Shown piece after piece: positions 9,301 through 18,696 of a stretch of DNA of 26,195 nt. The notes under the pieces are model-generated. The model was not told the origin of the DNA and did no database searches. It saw only the letters and a list, made by a program, of their open reading frames with translations. The DNA comes from Candidatus Peribacteria bacterium. Its GTDB lineage: Bacteria > Patescibacteriota > Gracilibacteria > Peribacterales > Peribacteraceae. The position numbers and the translations under genes are program-made. Every line of letters begins with the position of its first letter. The first letter of the stretch is position 1. Location of the stretch: positions 1-26,195 of the forward strand of contig JBEPVF010000017.1 of NCBI GenBank assembly GCA_041691135.1. Reading direction: 5' to 3'.

Positions 9301-12300
9301 GTGCGATTTTTCTCTCCCCTCCACGATCAGCTTATCAATTTTGTCTGCTTTGCCATCTTAACGCTTGGATTTTGGCATATTTGCCATGGACAGGCCGTAA
9401 TCAACGAAGTGATGTGGATGGGGTCTGATCTCTCCACGGCCGATGAGTGGATTGAACTTCTGATAACCGGAACGGGTGCAGTCGATCTTTCCCATTGGTC
9501 ACTCACATCCCTTGATTCCAAAGGCAAAGAAGCAACGATTGCTCAATTGGGTCTTGGGACAACACTGGCGTCTGGTCAGTACTTCATGATTGCAAATTTT
9601 ACGGCCGATCATTCCAGACTCAGCGCCGAGCCCCAGTTGGTGAGTACATCCATGTCTTTGCCCAATACGAAATTGCTGCTGCGCTTGCGCAATGCATCCG
9701 GAATGTTGATTGATGAAGTGGATGATGGAGTGGGCAATCCGTTCGCCGGTGCCAATGGCTCACAGCTGTGGGGAAAGGCCAGCATGGAACGAATCAATCC
9801 ATTGTCAGCCGGCAATGTGCAGACCAACTGGCGCACTGCGACAACCATTGCCGGTTTTGATGATGGCGTGCGTCTGTATGGTACGCCGGGTGCTTTGAAT
9901 GGATCAGGTCCTGCAGCCGACATCTATGCGCCGCTCGAAGCGACCCAAGTGGCTGGCAGTTTGCTTGCCGTGGGAACAGGTGCTTCGCTGCATATTTTAT
10001 GGCAGCCAAGTACATCGCTCGACCTGATAGCACAATTGCTGACTATAACGCCATTATCCGGCAGCGGATTCACCCTATCATTTGGACGCACAGCCACTGG
10101 CACGACGATCACGAGTTTGGCACTGGCTTCAGACTATATTTTTGTCCTGCGTTCTCGGGATGATCTGGGCCATACGTCTACCGGCATCACGCTGCATATT
10201 CCAGCACCGCTCACAGGCTCCGGATCAAGTAGTAGCGGCACGGCACATCTGCGCATCAGCGAAGTATTGCCCGACCCTGCCGGTATCGATACCGATGAAT
10301 GGATTGAACTTCAGAATACGGGCGATGGCCCTGCATCGATGAATTCCTATCAGCTGCAGGTGGGAACGCATCTCTATCAGCTTACTGGTGCAGCGTTGCA
10401 ATCAGGTGCTTTTGCAGTTGTTTCGAAGCAGCAATCAGGTCTTTCGCTTAAAAATACAGGTGATACGGTCATTTTGAAGCAATCAGGCACGGCAATTGAT
10501 ACAGTGGTCTATCCGCCATTGCCCGAAGGAGTTGCTTTTGGAATTGTTGGATCTGGGCCTGAGCAAGCACTCTGTGTTCCGACACCCGGCTTCCCGAATG
10601 GATCTGTCGCGTGGGACGCTGCTCTTGTGTTGCAGAGTGGGGCGCAACAGGGCGCAGGGAAAGTGACACTCAACTTGATCGTTGCGGCGACCGGCTCACT
10701 CGCCGGTGCAAGTTGCCGGGTGGATTTCGGTGATAGCGCCGGGAGTGCCAGTTGTAATCCACCATCGCATAGTTTTAGCCGTGAGGGTGACTATACCGTA
10801 TCGCTGAACGTTTTGAATTACTGTGGTACTACAGTAATACATCAGCTAAATGTGCACGTATCACCCAAAGGTGAAGGTGGCCGTAAGATTACGGTGAAGA
10901 GTCTGATGAACTGTAATCCGCATAGTGGCACTGGCGTCGTGATCAGTGAATTTTTCCCGAATCCGTCGGGCAACGAAGGCAGTGAAGAGTGGATTGAACT
11001 TCGGAATATGTTCGACGAGCCGGCTGATTTGTGCGGCTGGTTCGTCGATGACCAGGATGGCGGCAGTACACCCTACGCACTCGACGGAAAGGTTATAGCT
11101 CCCAAGAGCTACTTGCTTCTCCCTCGTCAGCAGACACATATCGCTCTCGATAATGGCAGCGACCGGGTGCGCTTGCTCGTTCACGCCTCTGGATCACTTA
11201 CCGGCGGTCAGGAAGGTGATTCGCACCGCACAGTGGTCCAGGAAGTCCTCTATTCGCATGCAGAGGAGCAGAAGAGTGATGCATTGCGCGATGATGGCGT
11301 ATTTGTTTGGACGCCGTACCTCACGCCCGGATTCTCCAATCGCTTCCCCGACTCGATAGTACCGTATGGCAGTGAATCGCTGCTCTTATCGGCCTTACCC
11401 AAGCCCATCGATGGCAAGCAGGCACACCAGTGGATCGGTATCACCAATACGACGGAGCAGGCAATTGTGATCGCCGGGTGGTCGCTCGTGTCATCACGCA
11501 ATGGAAGCAAACCCTTTGTCTTCGATTACTACTACATCTTGCCGGGTCAGCGCTTACAGCTGCGTGGTGATCAAACCAATCTGGACTTGAAGGCATCCGA
11601 TATCCTTCGTTTGTCGGATCGAGATGGTCACCTGATCAGCGTATTCGCCTGGAACAAGGCACAAGCAGGCATGGAGTACTCCTCGCGTACTCCACTTATG
11701 ACCGGCACGTTCATCGGGAATATTGATACCACACGATTCGCTTTCCTTTCCGTTCCGGACGAAAGTTCAACCGGCACAGTGATTGTTCATCTGCCTTGTG
11801 TGAGTGCAGTCGTAGATTATCAAAAAAATTATGAACAACAAAAATATGAATTAAGCCTTAATAGTAATGAAAAATATGAACTAAAAAAGTATTCTTTAAT
11901 ATCAGACGCATCCCCGGAAACCATTGCAGACATACTGACCAAAGATCAGGATTCTCTTACAGTTGAGCTGCTTCGCAGCGGCAATATCATGGTTGATACT
12001 GGTTGTCCATCACCGTACCGTGAAATGTTCGAGGTATATGAAGCGGCTGCCCGGAGCGCCAGACTGGGGCTATGGGCAAGTGCGGAACGCGTACAAAAGA
12101 TTGATCAGCTGCGTCTCCAGCAAGCTCTTGAACGCCGTATTGATGCCGAGGGATTACAGGTAAAGATCCGACCCGAATCTGGGCTCGTACAGAAAGGCAG
12201 TGGTGTGACTCTGTCCTCGAATATTCCGGCTGATATCTATGTCTCTGTGAATGGCGAATCGTATCATCGTTCAACCGGGAGTATCATTATACGAAAAGCG

Positions 12301-13566
12301 ACAGACATTCGTGCCTATGCAGTACTGAGCATTCCTACAGCGACTGGATCTCGAAGGTTCTCATCTGCCTTTGCCATTGGTTCGTACATTCCGCGCCAGG
12401 AACATTATGCAAACAGCATCGTCTTTAGTGAATTGTATCCCTCACCACTTAAAGTAGGTCACAATCAGTTGCTGGATCGCGAATGGATTGAGTTGCGGAA
12501 CAAGTCACTTCAATCGGTTAATCTAGGAGGCTGGAGTATTGGCGACAACGCCGGCAGCGGACATATTGCTCAATTGCCTCCTACACTTACAGTCGCTGGG
12601 AATGGCTTTGCGCTTCTCTCGGCACATGAGCTAAAAATCACATTAAATAATTCAGGTGATAATTTGATTTTATACGATCCAAATAAGAAAATAAAAGATC
12701 ATATAATGTATTCAAAAGTGTTAGCTGGTATGGCAGTAGAAGCCAGTGTTTCTTCATCAGACTCTTCCGTTTGTATCTCCAATGCACCGACACCAGGAGC
12801 TAGAAATAGATGCTTACATTTTGAGCCAAAAGCGCTTCTCGATTCGGATCGTGACTTAGTGAGCGATGCAGAGGAAAAACTTCTGTTTCATACCGATCCG
12901 TATCGAGCCGATACAGACGGAGATAGCTATATAGATTCCTTTGAAATTTATAATCAAATGAGCCCTACTGTAAAACAAAATACTATCTATAAGTTCGATG
13001 AAGAGTATAAAAAATTTATTCTAGATAAGATGGCCGTCAAATGGGATATTCTGAAAACCAAAGGCCTTAGAATTCGTACAAAAGTAGCACCGATTCAATC
13101 TGCTGAATTGCATTGGGAGCCAGGAAATTATACTCAAAAAGCCATTCCTGATTCGGATGGCTCATTTACCGTCTATCGCAATGAGTATCTGAAGGCTGGC
13201 ATATATCAAATCTCTCTTATTGTAGTGGATATAGTGAATAAAAAAATAATTCTTCAAAATGCTTTATCAATAGACCTAAAAGATAATTTTTATCCAAAAA
13301 TTACTTCTCGTAAAAAAGTAGCGAAAAGCAAAACTGCAGTGAAGCCAAAGGTATATATAGTCGCAAAGAACCCTACTACAGGTGTTGCCTCGTCGTTTGC
13401 CCAATTCGGTCGCACTATGGTGCTTCGGCCAAGCTACTCATTATTCCTGGCAGATATTTTGATGATAGGTGCTCTTATGATGTCGATTCTCGCTGGAGCT
13501 GGGGTGGCGTGGTTTTTTGGCCGGACACAGGTGAAAGGTAAGAATAAAGCGATCGATCCGTCATAA
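9301..13566 (+). CDS. Large membrane-anchored surface protein: multiple lamin-tail domains, FN3/PKD-like domains, degenerate thermonuclease-like domain, Ca-binding DxDxD repeats, C-terminal TM
   Basis: Repeated I(N/S)E..P....EWIEL.N motifs (VINEVMW/DEWIEL, ISEVLPDP/DEWIELQN, ISEFFPNP/EEWIELRN, FSELYPSP/REWIELRN); VDFGD..HSFSREGDYTVSL (PKD-like); EAAARSARLGLW (SNase C-terminus); DSDRDLVSDAEE..TDPYRADTDGDSYIDSFE; hydrophobic C-terminal helix followed by basic residues. Confidence 0.85.
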   Translation: MRFFSPLHDQLINFVCFAILTLGFWHICHGQAVINEVMWMGSDLSTADEWIELLITGTGAVDLSHWSLTSLDSKGKEATIAQLGLGTTLASGQYFMIANFTADHSRLSAEPQLVSTSMSLPNTKLLLRLRNASGMLIDEVDDGVGNPFAGANGSQLWGKASMERINPLSAGNVQTNWRTATTIAGFDDGVRLYGTPGALNGSGPAADIYAPLEATQVAGSLLAVGTGASLHILWQPSTSLDLIAQLLTITPLSGSGFTLSFGRTATGTTITSLALASDYIFVLRSRDDLGHTSTGITLHIPAPLTGSGSSSSGTAHLRISEVLPDPAGIDTDEWIELQNTGDGPASMNSYQLQVGTHLYQLTGAALQSGAFAVVSKQQSGLSLKNTGDTVILKQSGTAIDTVVYPPLPEGVAFGIVGSGPEQALCVPTPGFPNGSVAWDAALVLQSGAQQGAGKVTLNLIVAATGSLAGASCRVDFGDSAGSASCNPPSHSFSREGDYTVSLNVLNYCGTTVIHQLNVHVSPKGEGGRKITVKSLMNCNPHSGTGVVISEFFPNPSGNEGSEEWIELRNMFDEPADLCGWFVDDQDGGSTPYALDGKVIAPKSYLLLPRQQTHIALDNGSDRVRLLVHASGSLTGGQEGDSHRTVVQEVLYSHAEEQKSDALRDDGVFVWTPYLTPGFSNRFPDSIVPYGSESLLLSALPKPIDGKQAHQWIGITNTTEQAIVIAGWSLVSSRNGSKPFVFDYYYILPGQRLQLRGDQTNLDLKASDILRLSDRDGHLISVFAWNKAQAGMEYSSRTPLMTGTFIGNIDTTRFAFLSVPDESSTGTVIVHLPCVSAVVDYQKNYEQQKYELSLNSNEKYELKKYSLISDASPETIADILTKDQDSLTVELLRSGNIMVDTGCPSPYREMFEVYEAAARSARLGLWASAERVQKIDQLRLQQALERRIDAEGLQVKIRPESGLVQKGSGVTLSSNIPADIYVSVNGESYHRSTGSIIIRKATDIRAYAVLSIPTATGSRRFSSAFAIGSYIPRQEHYANSIVFSELYPSPLKVGHNQLLDREWIELRNKSLQSVNLGGWSIGDNAGSGHIAQLPPTLTVAGNGFALLSAHELKITLNNSGDNLILYDPNKKIKDHIMYSKVLAGMAVEASVSSSDSSVCISNAPTPGARNRCLHFEPKALLDSDRDLVSDAEEKLLFHTDPYRADTDGDSYIDSFEIYNQMSPTVKQNTIYKFDEEYKKFILDKMAVKWDILKTKGLRIRTKVAPIQSAELHWEPGNYTQKAIPDSDGSFTVYRNEYLKAGIYQISLIVVDIVNKKIILQNALSIDLKDNFYPKITSRKKVAKSKTAVKPKVYIVAKNPTTGVASSFAQFGRTMVLRPSYSLFLADILMIGALMMSILAGAGVAWFFGRTQVKGKNKAIDPS

Positions 13567-13621
13567 GATGTCAAGTTCCCGACGAACTCCGCTCTCCTTA
13601 TTTTTTTTAAGATTTTTCACT

Positions 13622-15031
13622 ATGGCTACCGCCCTGGATTCATCAACTATGCCAGAACTTAATCTGGCTGCCGAAGAAGCAACGATTCAAGAAATTGTCT
13701 CTCAAATGAGAGACCATGAAACGCCCATAGAAGTCCTTGATAGTGCATTGGCGCGTGGTATCGAAGTGATTAAGCGCATCAATTTACAAGTAATGGCACT
13801 CGTGCAGGACACTCGTATGGACGTAAAACAAGTTCTCGCAAACAGTGTTCGCACAGTTGATATGATGGTGGATCTGCGCAATGCAGGCCTTGATGCCGTG
13901 CGTGAACGGGCGGCAGACATGCGAAAGGCAGTAGATGGCGAGGTAAGTTTTATTGCCTATCTACGGGATATGGGACAACGAGAAGGGTTGAGCGAAGCAG
14001 AAATAATACAGAAAATCCAAGGACTTAATGCTCAGGGTCAGCAGAAACGGCATGAGGTCTTAGTTCCATTGATGACATTTGCCGATCGTTTATTGGCATT
14101 ACAGTCAGAGATGGACCTAAGTGTGCAGATAACCGGTGACGGTACAACAACACAGCGTCAATTGCCGACTGTTCGTCAGGAGCAATTTTTCGTCGACTGG
14201 GTTCAGGGGGTTCGTTCTCATGGTGCAAAGGAGATTAGTGATGATGACGTGGATCAATATTTGACGTCTCTGGATGATGATCAAGTTGCAGCGGCCTATG
14301 GCAGAATTCTCGATGCAATTGAGTCGATGCCTGCCGATTTTCGCGCAATGTATAGCGGCAAGTTGCCCACATACCGCGATTTTTTGCTGGCGATGTCCGA
14401 GAAGCGTCGTGATCAACAGACCGAAAAACATACGATTCATCGTTTGCTTGTCGGTGCGGCAATCGGTGAACGAGTTGAAGGCTTAGAACCTGATGCCGAA
14501 TGCTGGCTGGATATTTTGAGAAAACTGGATGAGGTACGAGGTTATATTTTAGATGTCTGTACTGATACTGGAAGCAGAGCTTTACTTCAAATTCAGTCGC
14601 CTGATCATGTAGAGGTACTGCGTGGACATTTACCTACGCGATACCCTACGCAAAATGTATTGGAAGGTCTCGAACTGGAGCAGGATACTGACTATGTTGA
14701 CGTCCCAAATAGCAAACCGCTGTTTGTTCATAAATACAAACTTTCCGAAATCCGCGAATCACTCCAGCGACTGCCCGAAGGACTGACGGTCGATTTTATG
14801 CTCGTGTTTCCAGAGAACGAGCGTGAAGCTGAAAAAGTAGAATTAGTGCGTGATGGAAATGGCATTCGCTATGTGACACCACAGTCGTATTACCCTTTGG
14901 TCGAAGAGCTCCTCGAGCATCCTGGCCGTCACATCATTCCTATGTCGCTCACGTTCACTTTTAATCAGTTGCTCGATCTGGAACCCTCCAAAACTGCATA
15001 TGTCCAACCTGCTGCACGAGAAACTGAGTGA
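13622..15031 (+). CDS. Hypothetical protein, acidic, helical N-terminal half (469 aa)
   Basis: Long open frame; ATG 13622 follows a T-rich leader (the 13568 extension SSSRRTPLSLFFLRFFT looks like UTR); no recognisable motif. Confidence 0.75.
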   Translation: MATALDSSTMPELNLAAEEATIQEIVSQMRDHETPIEVLDSALARGIEVIKRINLQVMALVQDTRMDVKQVLANSVRTVDMMVDLRNAGLDAVRERAADMRKAVDGEVSFIAYLRDMGQREGLSEAEIIQKIQGLNAQGQQKRHEVLVPLMTFADRLLALQSEMDLSVQITGDGTTTQRQLPTVRQEQFFVDWVQGVRSHGAKEISDDDVDQYLTSLDDDQVAAAYGRILDAIESMPADFRAMYSGKLPTYRDFLLAMSEKRRDQQTEKHTIHRLLVGAAIGERVEGLEPDAECWLDILRKLDEVRGYILDVCTDTGSRALLQIQSPDHVEVLRGHLPTRYPTQNVLEGLELEQDTDYVDVPNSKPLFVHKYKLSEIRESLQRLPEGLTVDFMLVFPENEREAEKVELVRDGNGIRYVTPQSYYPLVEELLEHPGRHIIPMSLTFTFNQLLDLEPSKTAYVQPAARETE

Positions 15032-15869
15032 TGCGTTCATAGATAGCGCGTCGGATCTTCTTCCCACTGCGACGGCGATACGTGCCACTTCAGATGAGGT
15101 TCGTCGACGTTTTGCGCAGCACGTGATGGAAACCATCGTGAAGAATCAAAACGAAGGCGAAAAATTATCCGACGAGCACGATGCCGTAACTAATGAGGCG
15201 TGGCGCATGTTTACAATTTTTGAACGTGGCATTGCACAGCTTGGAAATCGCCGAGATCGACTTTCCCGTTGGCTGCGCTCTTTGGCTACATCGATGCATT
15301 TTGTAGTCCCTGCATCCGATGATGAATTCCTACGACTTGTGGCGAATAAGAGTCCCGGTGTTCTGCAGGGAGCTTTGTCTGTAGCTGATATTATAAATGG
15401 AGAAGATCTTGTTTTAAGTTCGTCACAGTTGTATGCCGCACTTGCGCTGATGATGGATTCATTGGTGCAGACAACTTTAGTGTCCGAGAATACCAGCAAA
15501 GCTACATTTACCAGTGTTAGACCGGGGGAAGAAGTAAATATCTCGACATATATAAATGGTGGGTCAGATGACGTTGCAGTGCACAGAACTTTTTCTTCAA
15601 ATGTTCTTGTGTCTAATGCTGAACATTCTCAATCAGCTCAAGGGGAAGGTATTCATACGCAATCACATTCTCCATGGGAATTAGAAACTAGTAATCAGGT
15701 AGAAAACGCAGTCGATGCGTCTGTAGCGAGAAAAAAATTGGAAGTTTTACTTAGATTCCAAGGGCCATCAACTCTTATTGGCGGGCCGTTGTGCAACTTG
15801 CTTCGCTACTACGGTAAGGAATTCCGGGACGGAAATATTCAACTTATTGGTGAAAAACATGCTGCATAA
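15000..15869 (+). CDS. Hypothetical protein (289 aa)
   Basis: Open frame overlapping the previous gene by 32 nt; no recognisable motif. Confidence 0.7.
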   Translation: MSNLLHEKLSDAFIDSASDLLPTATAIRATSDEVRRRFAQHVMETIVKNQNEGEKLSDEHDAVTNEAWRMFTIFERGIAQLGNRRDRLSRWLRSLATSMHFVVPASDDEFLRLVANKSPGVLQGALSVADIINGEDLVLSSSQLYAALALMMDSLVQTTLVSENTSKATFTSVRPGEEVNISTYINGGSDDVAVHRTFSSNVLVSNAEHSQSAQGEGIHTQSHSPWELETSNQVENAVDASVARKKLEVLLRFQGPSTLIGGPLCNLLRYYGKEFRDGNIQLIGEKHAA

Positions 15870-15874
15870 AGAAA

Positions 15875-15903
15875 TTGCTATAAAATTGATTTTAGTTTAC
15901 AAT
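15875..15903 (+). promoter_or_regulatory. sigma70-type promoter, near-leaderless transcript
   Basis: TTGCTA-17 nt-TACAAT; ATG 15912 lies 8 nt after the -10. Confidence 0.6.
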
Positions 15904-15911
15904 AGATGTTG

Positions 15912-16349
15912 ATGTCTGATTCAGCGCACTACGAAAAATCGGCGAAAAAGGATGTTTCTGAAGGGACTACTGATTCAAAGGATAAAGCGCAAAGTGCGGA
16001 GCCTGAGAAGAAAAAAGAAGATAAGAAACACAATAAAGAAAAACATGACGAAAAGCATGATAAGCCAGAGCATGTGATAAAAGCAGGCAATTCAGTGCGT
16101 ACTAAGTTGGAAAAGCTTTTTACTCTTCATGGACCTCACTCTCCAATCGGTTGGGTTCTACGCTACATAAAGTCAAAATTTTTGGGAATTCCAATGGAAA
16201 TCCCTATGGACACCACAAAACCTACAGAGGCACCGAAAGATAACAGTCATCAAGCTCATGCTGTGCATGACCACCCCCAAGGGTCTCATATTGGCAAAAA
16301 TAACCCCAAGCCCGCAGATGCCCACAGTAACCATGGGCATGGTCACTGA
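15912..16349 (+). CDS. Hypothetical Lys/His-rich, largely disordered protein ending HSNHGHGH
   Basis: Charged low-complexity N-terminus, one amphipathic segment (PIGWVLRYIKSKFLG), His-rich C-terminus. Start chosen from promoter spacing. Confidence 0.72.
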   Translation: MSDSAHYEKSAKKDVSEGTTDSKDKAQSAEPEKKKEDKKHNKEKHDEKHDKPEHVIKAGNSVRTKLEKLFTLHGPHSPIGWVLRYIKSKFLGIPMEIPMDTTKPTEAPKDNSHQAHAVHDHPQGSHIGKNNPKPADAHSNHGHGH

Positions 16350-16419
16350 AATACAGCAAAGATAGTAACTTTGCTTAAATATTAGCGTCAAAAAGGATCT
16401 TCCCTTACTGCCTAATTTT

Positions 16420-16428
16420 TGCTATAAT
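16420..16428 (+). promoter_or_regulatory. Extended -10 promoter
   Basis: TGCTATAAT (TGn-TATAAT), 11 nt before ATG 16440. Confidence 0.65.
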
Positions 16429-16439
16429 ATTAAGATTTT

Positions 16440-18692
16440 ATGACTGATACACACGAACCAATATTGTCGCCCGAGAATCCTGATGCATACCGAATAAGTG
16501 TGCGACAAGAGTATAATTTGCTAGCGGACCAACTAGGACTGCCTACTTTTGCTACATTACCTGGATTAAGTGCTGCAGATATCGAAGCAGGAATCTCTAA
16601 AATAGTAGACACTATGGCAGGTGTTCGAGGCTCAATTTTTACTATTCTTGAAAAGAAATCTGCTCTTGCGAAATTAAAATCAAAATTCGAACAAGAGATA
16701 AGAGTTTCACCCATTAATTCTTTTGAGTTTATCGGCGATGCTGAGAAGTTGGCATTTGCAAGAGCGGATGCACTACTCAAGATAGTGTATGAAAATTTCC
16801 GCAATGAGGATATACAGACATTGCTGACCACAATGAGTACAGCTATCGCAGATCCTCGTGTGCAACTTATTCTCGATAGTAATATTGATGATCGGCAGAA
16901 AGTTTTAGCTTTGTCTACAATTCAGAAGCACGGTACAGCGCTTGATATTTTGAATAGCTCAGCTACCAAAGAAAAACATGCACGTCATGAGCTTAAAGAG
17001 AATCAACATTTGATGCGTATAGCAAGTAACGTTCAGCAAATTGGATCTTTGGAGTTGCCAGCTTATAATGAGACTGAGACAAAGGTTGGAATCGCAGCGA
17101 TGCGTGTTGTAATGGATAATGCTTTAGCAGCATTTGGGCTTAATAATGGCGATCTGATTAACTTGTACGATAGGCTGACTTCTGATCAACAAGATATTGC
17201 GAGAGATGCAAATGTACCTCAAGGATTTCCTCGAGTGGATCTTCCAGCGCAGTCTGCAACCACTGATCCTATAAGTCTTGTTACCACGCCCGCGCAATCT
17301 GAGAGGACAAATAACCAGCGACTGGATAATATTATCGAGTTGGCAAAGAAACAAATGGCTGAATACGATGCTGCACGTAAAAAGTCCTCTCAGACAATAA
17401 AAGTTTTGGAAGAAATGGGAAGAAATCTACAGGATCAACATATAGCTCACGCTGCTTTAGGTAATACTGATTACCCGAACATACACAGAGTTTTTCAAAT
17501 GTCAGGCACTGCTCCTTATGATGTACAAAGGGATAATATCACTTCGGGTAAGGTGAATCTTGCACAGTTGATGTATGAATATAAGCGTGCTTTGCATGAG
17601 GCGAATCCGGCTCATTCGGTTGACCTTCAACCCGAGGAACATTACAAAGAGCATATTGATCATGCGAAGAAAGAGTTAAATGAAATTTTGCATAGTAAAA
17701 AGGATGCAGGACCGGTGACGGCTGAAACCATATGGTCGATTGTGCGCCATGGACTATTAAAAGAAGGTGTTCGTGGACCAGTGCAAGACTCAACATTGGC
17801 ATACATGCAAGCAAGACTTGATCTTACACCTGAGAAAACTTTTCAGATTGAAGAGATGAAGAGGCAATCTTTCCCTGATTTACATATAGAAGGAGGAGAA
17901 GCCACTAAGCAACGGGTTGAGGAACAAAAAGTGTGGGCTGAAGCAAATGGACTCAGCTTCTCAGAAGAAAGCAAAAAAAGGTATGAAGTGTATATGAATC
18001 GTTTATTCTCGAAGGGATTCGTTGGAGTGGGTCTGACTGAAAGAAACTTTGGGCGTCATAGTTTCCCTGAACTTATTAATGCTTATTTTGCAACGAGGTA
18101 TATTTATAATTTACCTCAGAACCACAAGCTGCGAATCCATAATAGCAGCGTGACGCAACTATTAGGGAATTTACACGATGCAATTATCCGGAGGTTCAAT
18201 GTCAATTACTCACAAGCACCACAGCAGGTAGGAATGAGTCCTAAAGAGATGGAGGTAGCCCTAGGCGAGGATGCCGCTGCTAAAATAGAGTCTGTTCCGG
18301 CGGCAGTGCGGCTCGAAGCTTTCAATGCTTACCTAAATAGTGATGCCTACTATTCAAATACACGTCGAGGTGAAATCGAAACAATAGCTATACGTGCACT
18401 CAGACCTATCCAGGAAGAGACTGATAAGCGCAAAAAGAAACAGGAAGCCTGGAGCAATAAAAGAAAAATAGCTACTGACGTAGTTACATATATTCCTTCC
18501 AAGACTCTAGGGTTTTTGAAGAACACGTCCAAAGCTGCCTGGAATAAGCGCAAGACTATTGCTTGGTATACCACTTTAGGTGCAGCTGCAGGTTCATTTA
18601 TTCCTATATTCGGCACTGCAATTGGCGCAGCGGCTGGTGCCACAATAGCAGCTTTTTCTTCATCTGAATCTCATTCAGGTCATGGACATTAA
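16440..18692 (+). CDS. Hypothetical 750-aa helical protein with a C-terminal glycine-zipper hydrophobic hairpin and GHGH tail
   Basis: Helical/coiled-coil composition; basic patch KRKKK..NKRK..NKRK; then LGAAAGSFIPIFGTAIGAAAGATIAAF; ends SHSGHGH; no N-terminal signal peptide. Confidence 0.85.
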   Translation: MTDTHEPILSPENPDAYRISVRQEYNLLADQLGLPTFATLPGLSAADIEAGISKIVDTMAGVRGSIFTILEKKSALAKLKSKFEQEIRVSPINSFEFIGDAEKLAFARADALLKIVYENFRNEDIQTLLTTMSTAIADPRVQLILDSNIDDRQKVLALSTIQKHGTALDILNSSATKEKHARHELKENQHLMRIASNVQQIGSLELPAYNETETKVGIAAMRVVMDNALAAFGLNNGDLINLYDRLTSDQQDIARDANVPQGFPRVDLPAQSATTDPISLVTTPAQSERTNNQRLDNIIELAKKQMAEYDAARKKSSQTIKVLEEMGRNLQDQHIAHAALGNTDYPNIHRVFQMSGTAPYDVQRDNITSGKVNLAQLMYEYKRALHEANPAHSVDLQPEEHYKEHIDHAKKELNEILHSKKDAGPVTAETIWSIVRHGLLKEGVRGPVQDSTLAYMQARLDLTPEKTFQIEEMKRQSFPDLHIEGGEATKQRVEEQKVWAEANGLSFSEESKKRYEVYMNRLFSKGFVGVGLTERNFGRHSFPELINAYFATRYIYNLPQNHKLRIHNSSVTQLLGNLHDAIIRRFNVNYSQAPQQVGMSPKEMEVALGEDAAAKIESVPAAVRLEAFNAYLNSDAYYSNTRRGEIETIAIRALRPIQEETDKRKKKQEAWSNKRKIATDVVTYIPSKTLGFLKNTSKAAWNKRKTIAWYTTLGAAAGSFIPIFGTAIGAAAGATIAAFSSSESHSGHGH

Positions 18693-18696
18693 CACT

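Noticed and set aside
15000-15031. Frameshifted single gene joining 13622-15031 and 15000-15869
   Set aside because: No slippery heptamer or homopolymer in the 32-nt overlap, and the second ORF has its own ATG; cannot be excluded without homologs.
15855-15869. C-terminal HAA resembling an ssrA/ClpX degron
   Set aside because: A two-residue match in a single protein is not distinguishable from chance.
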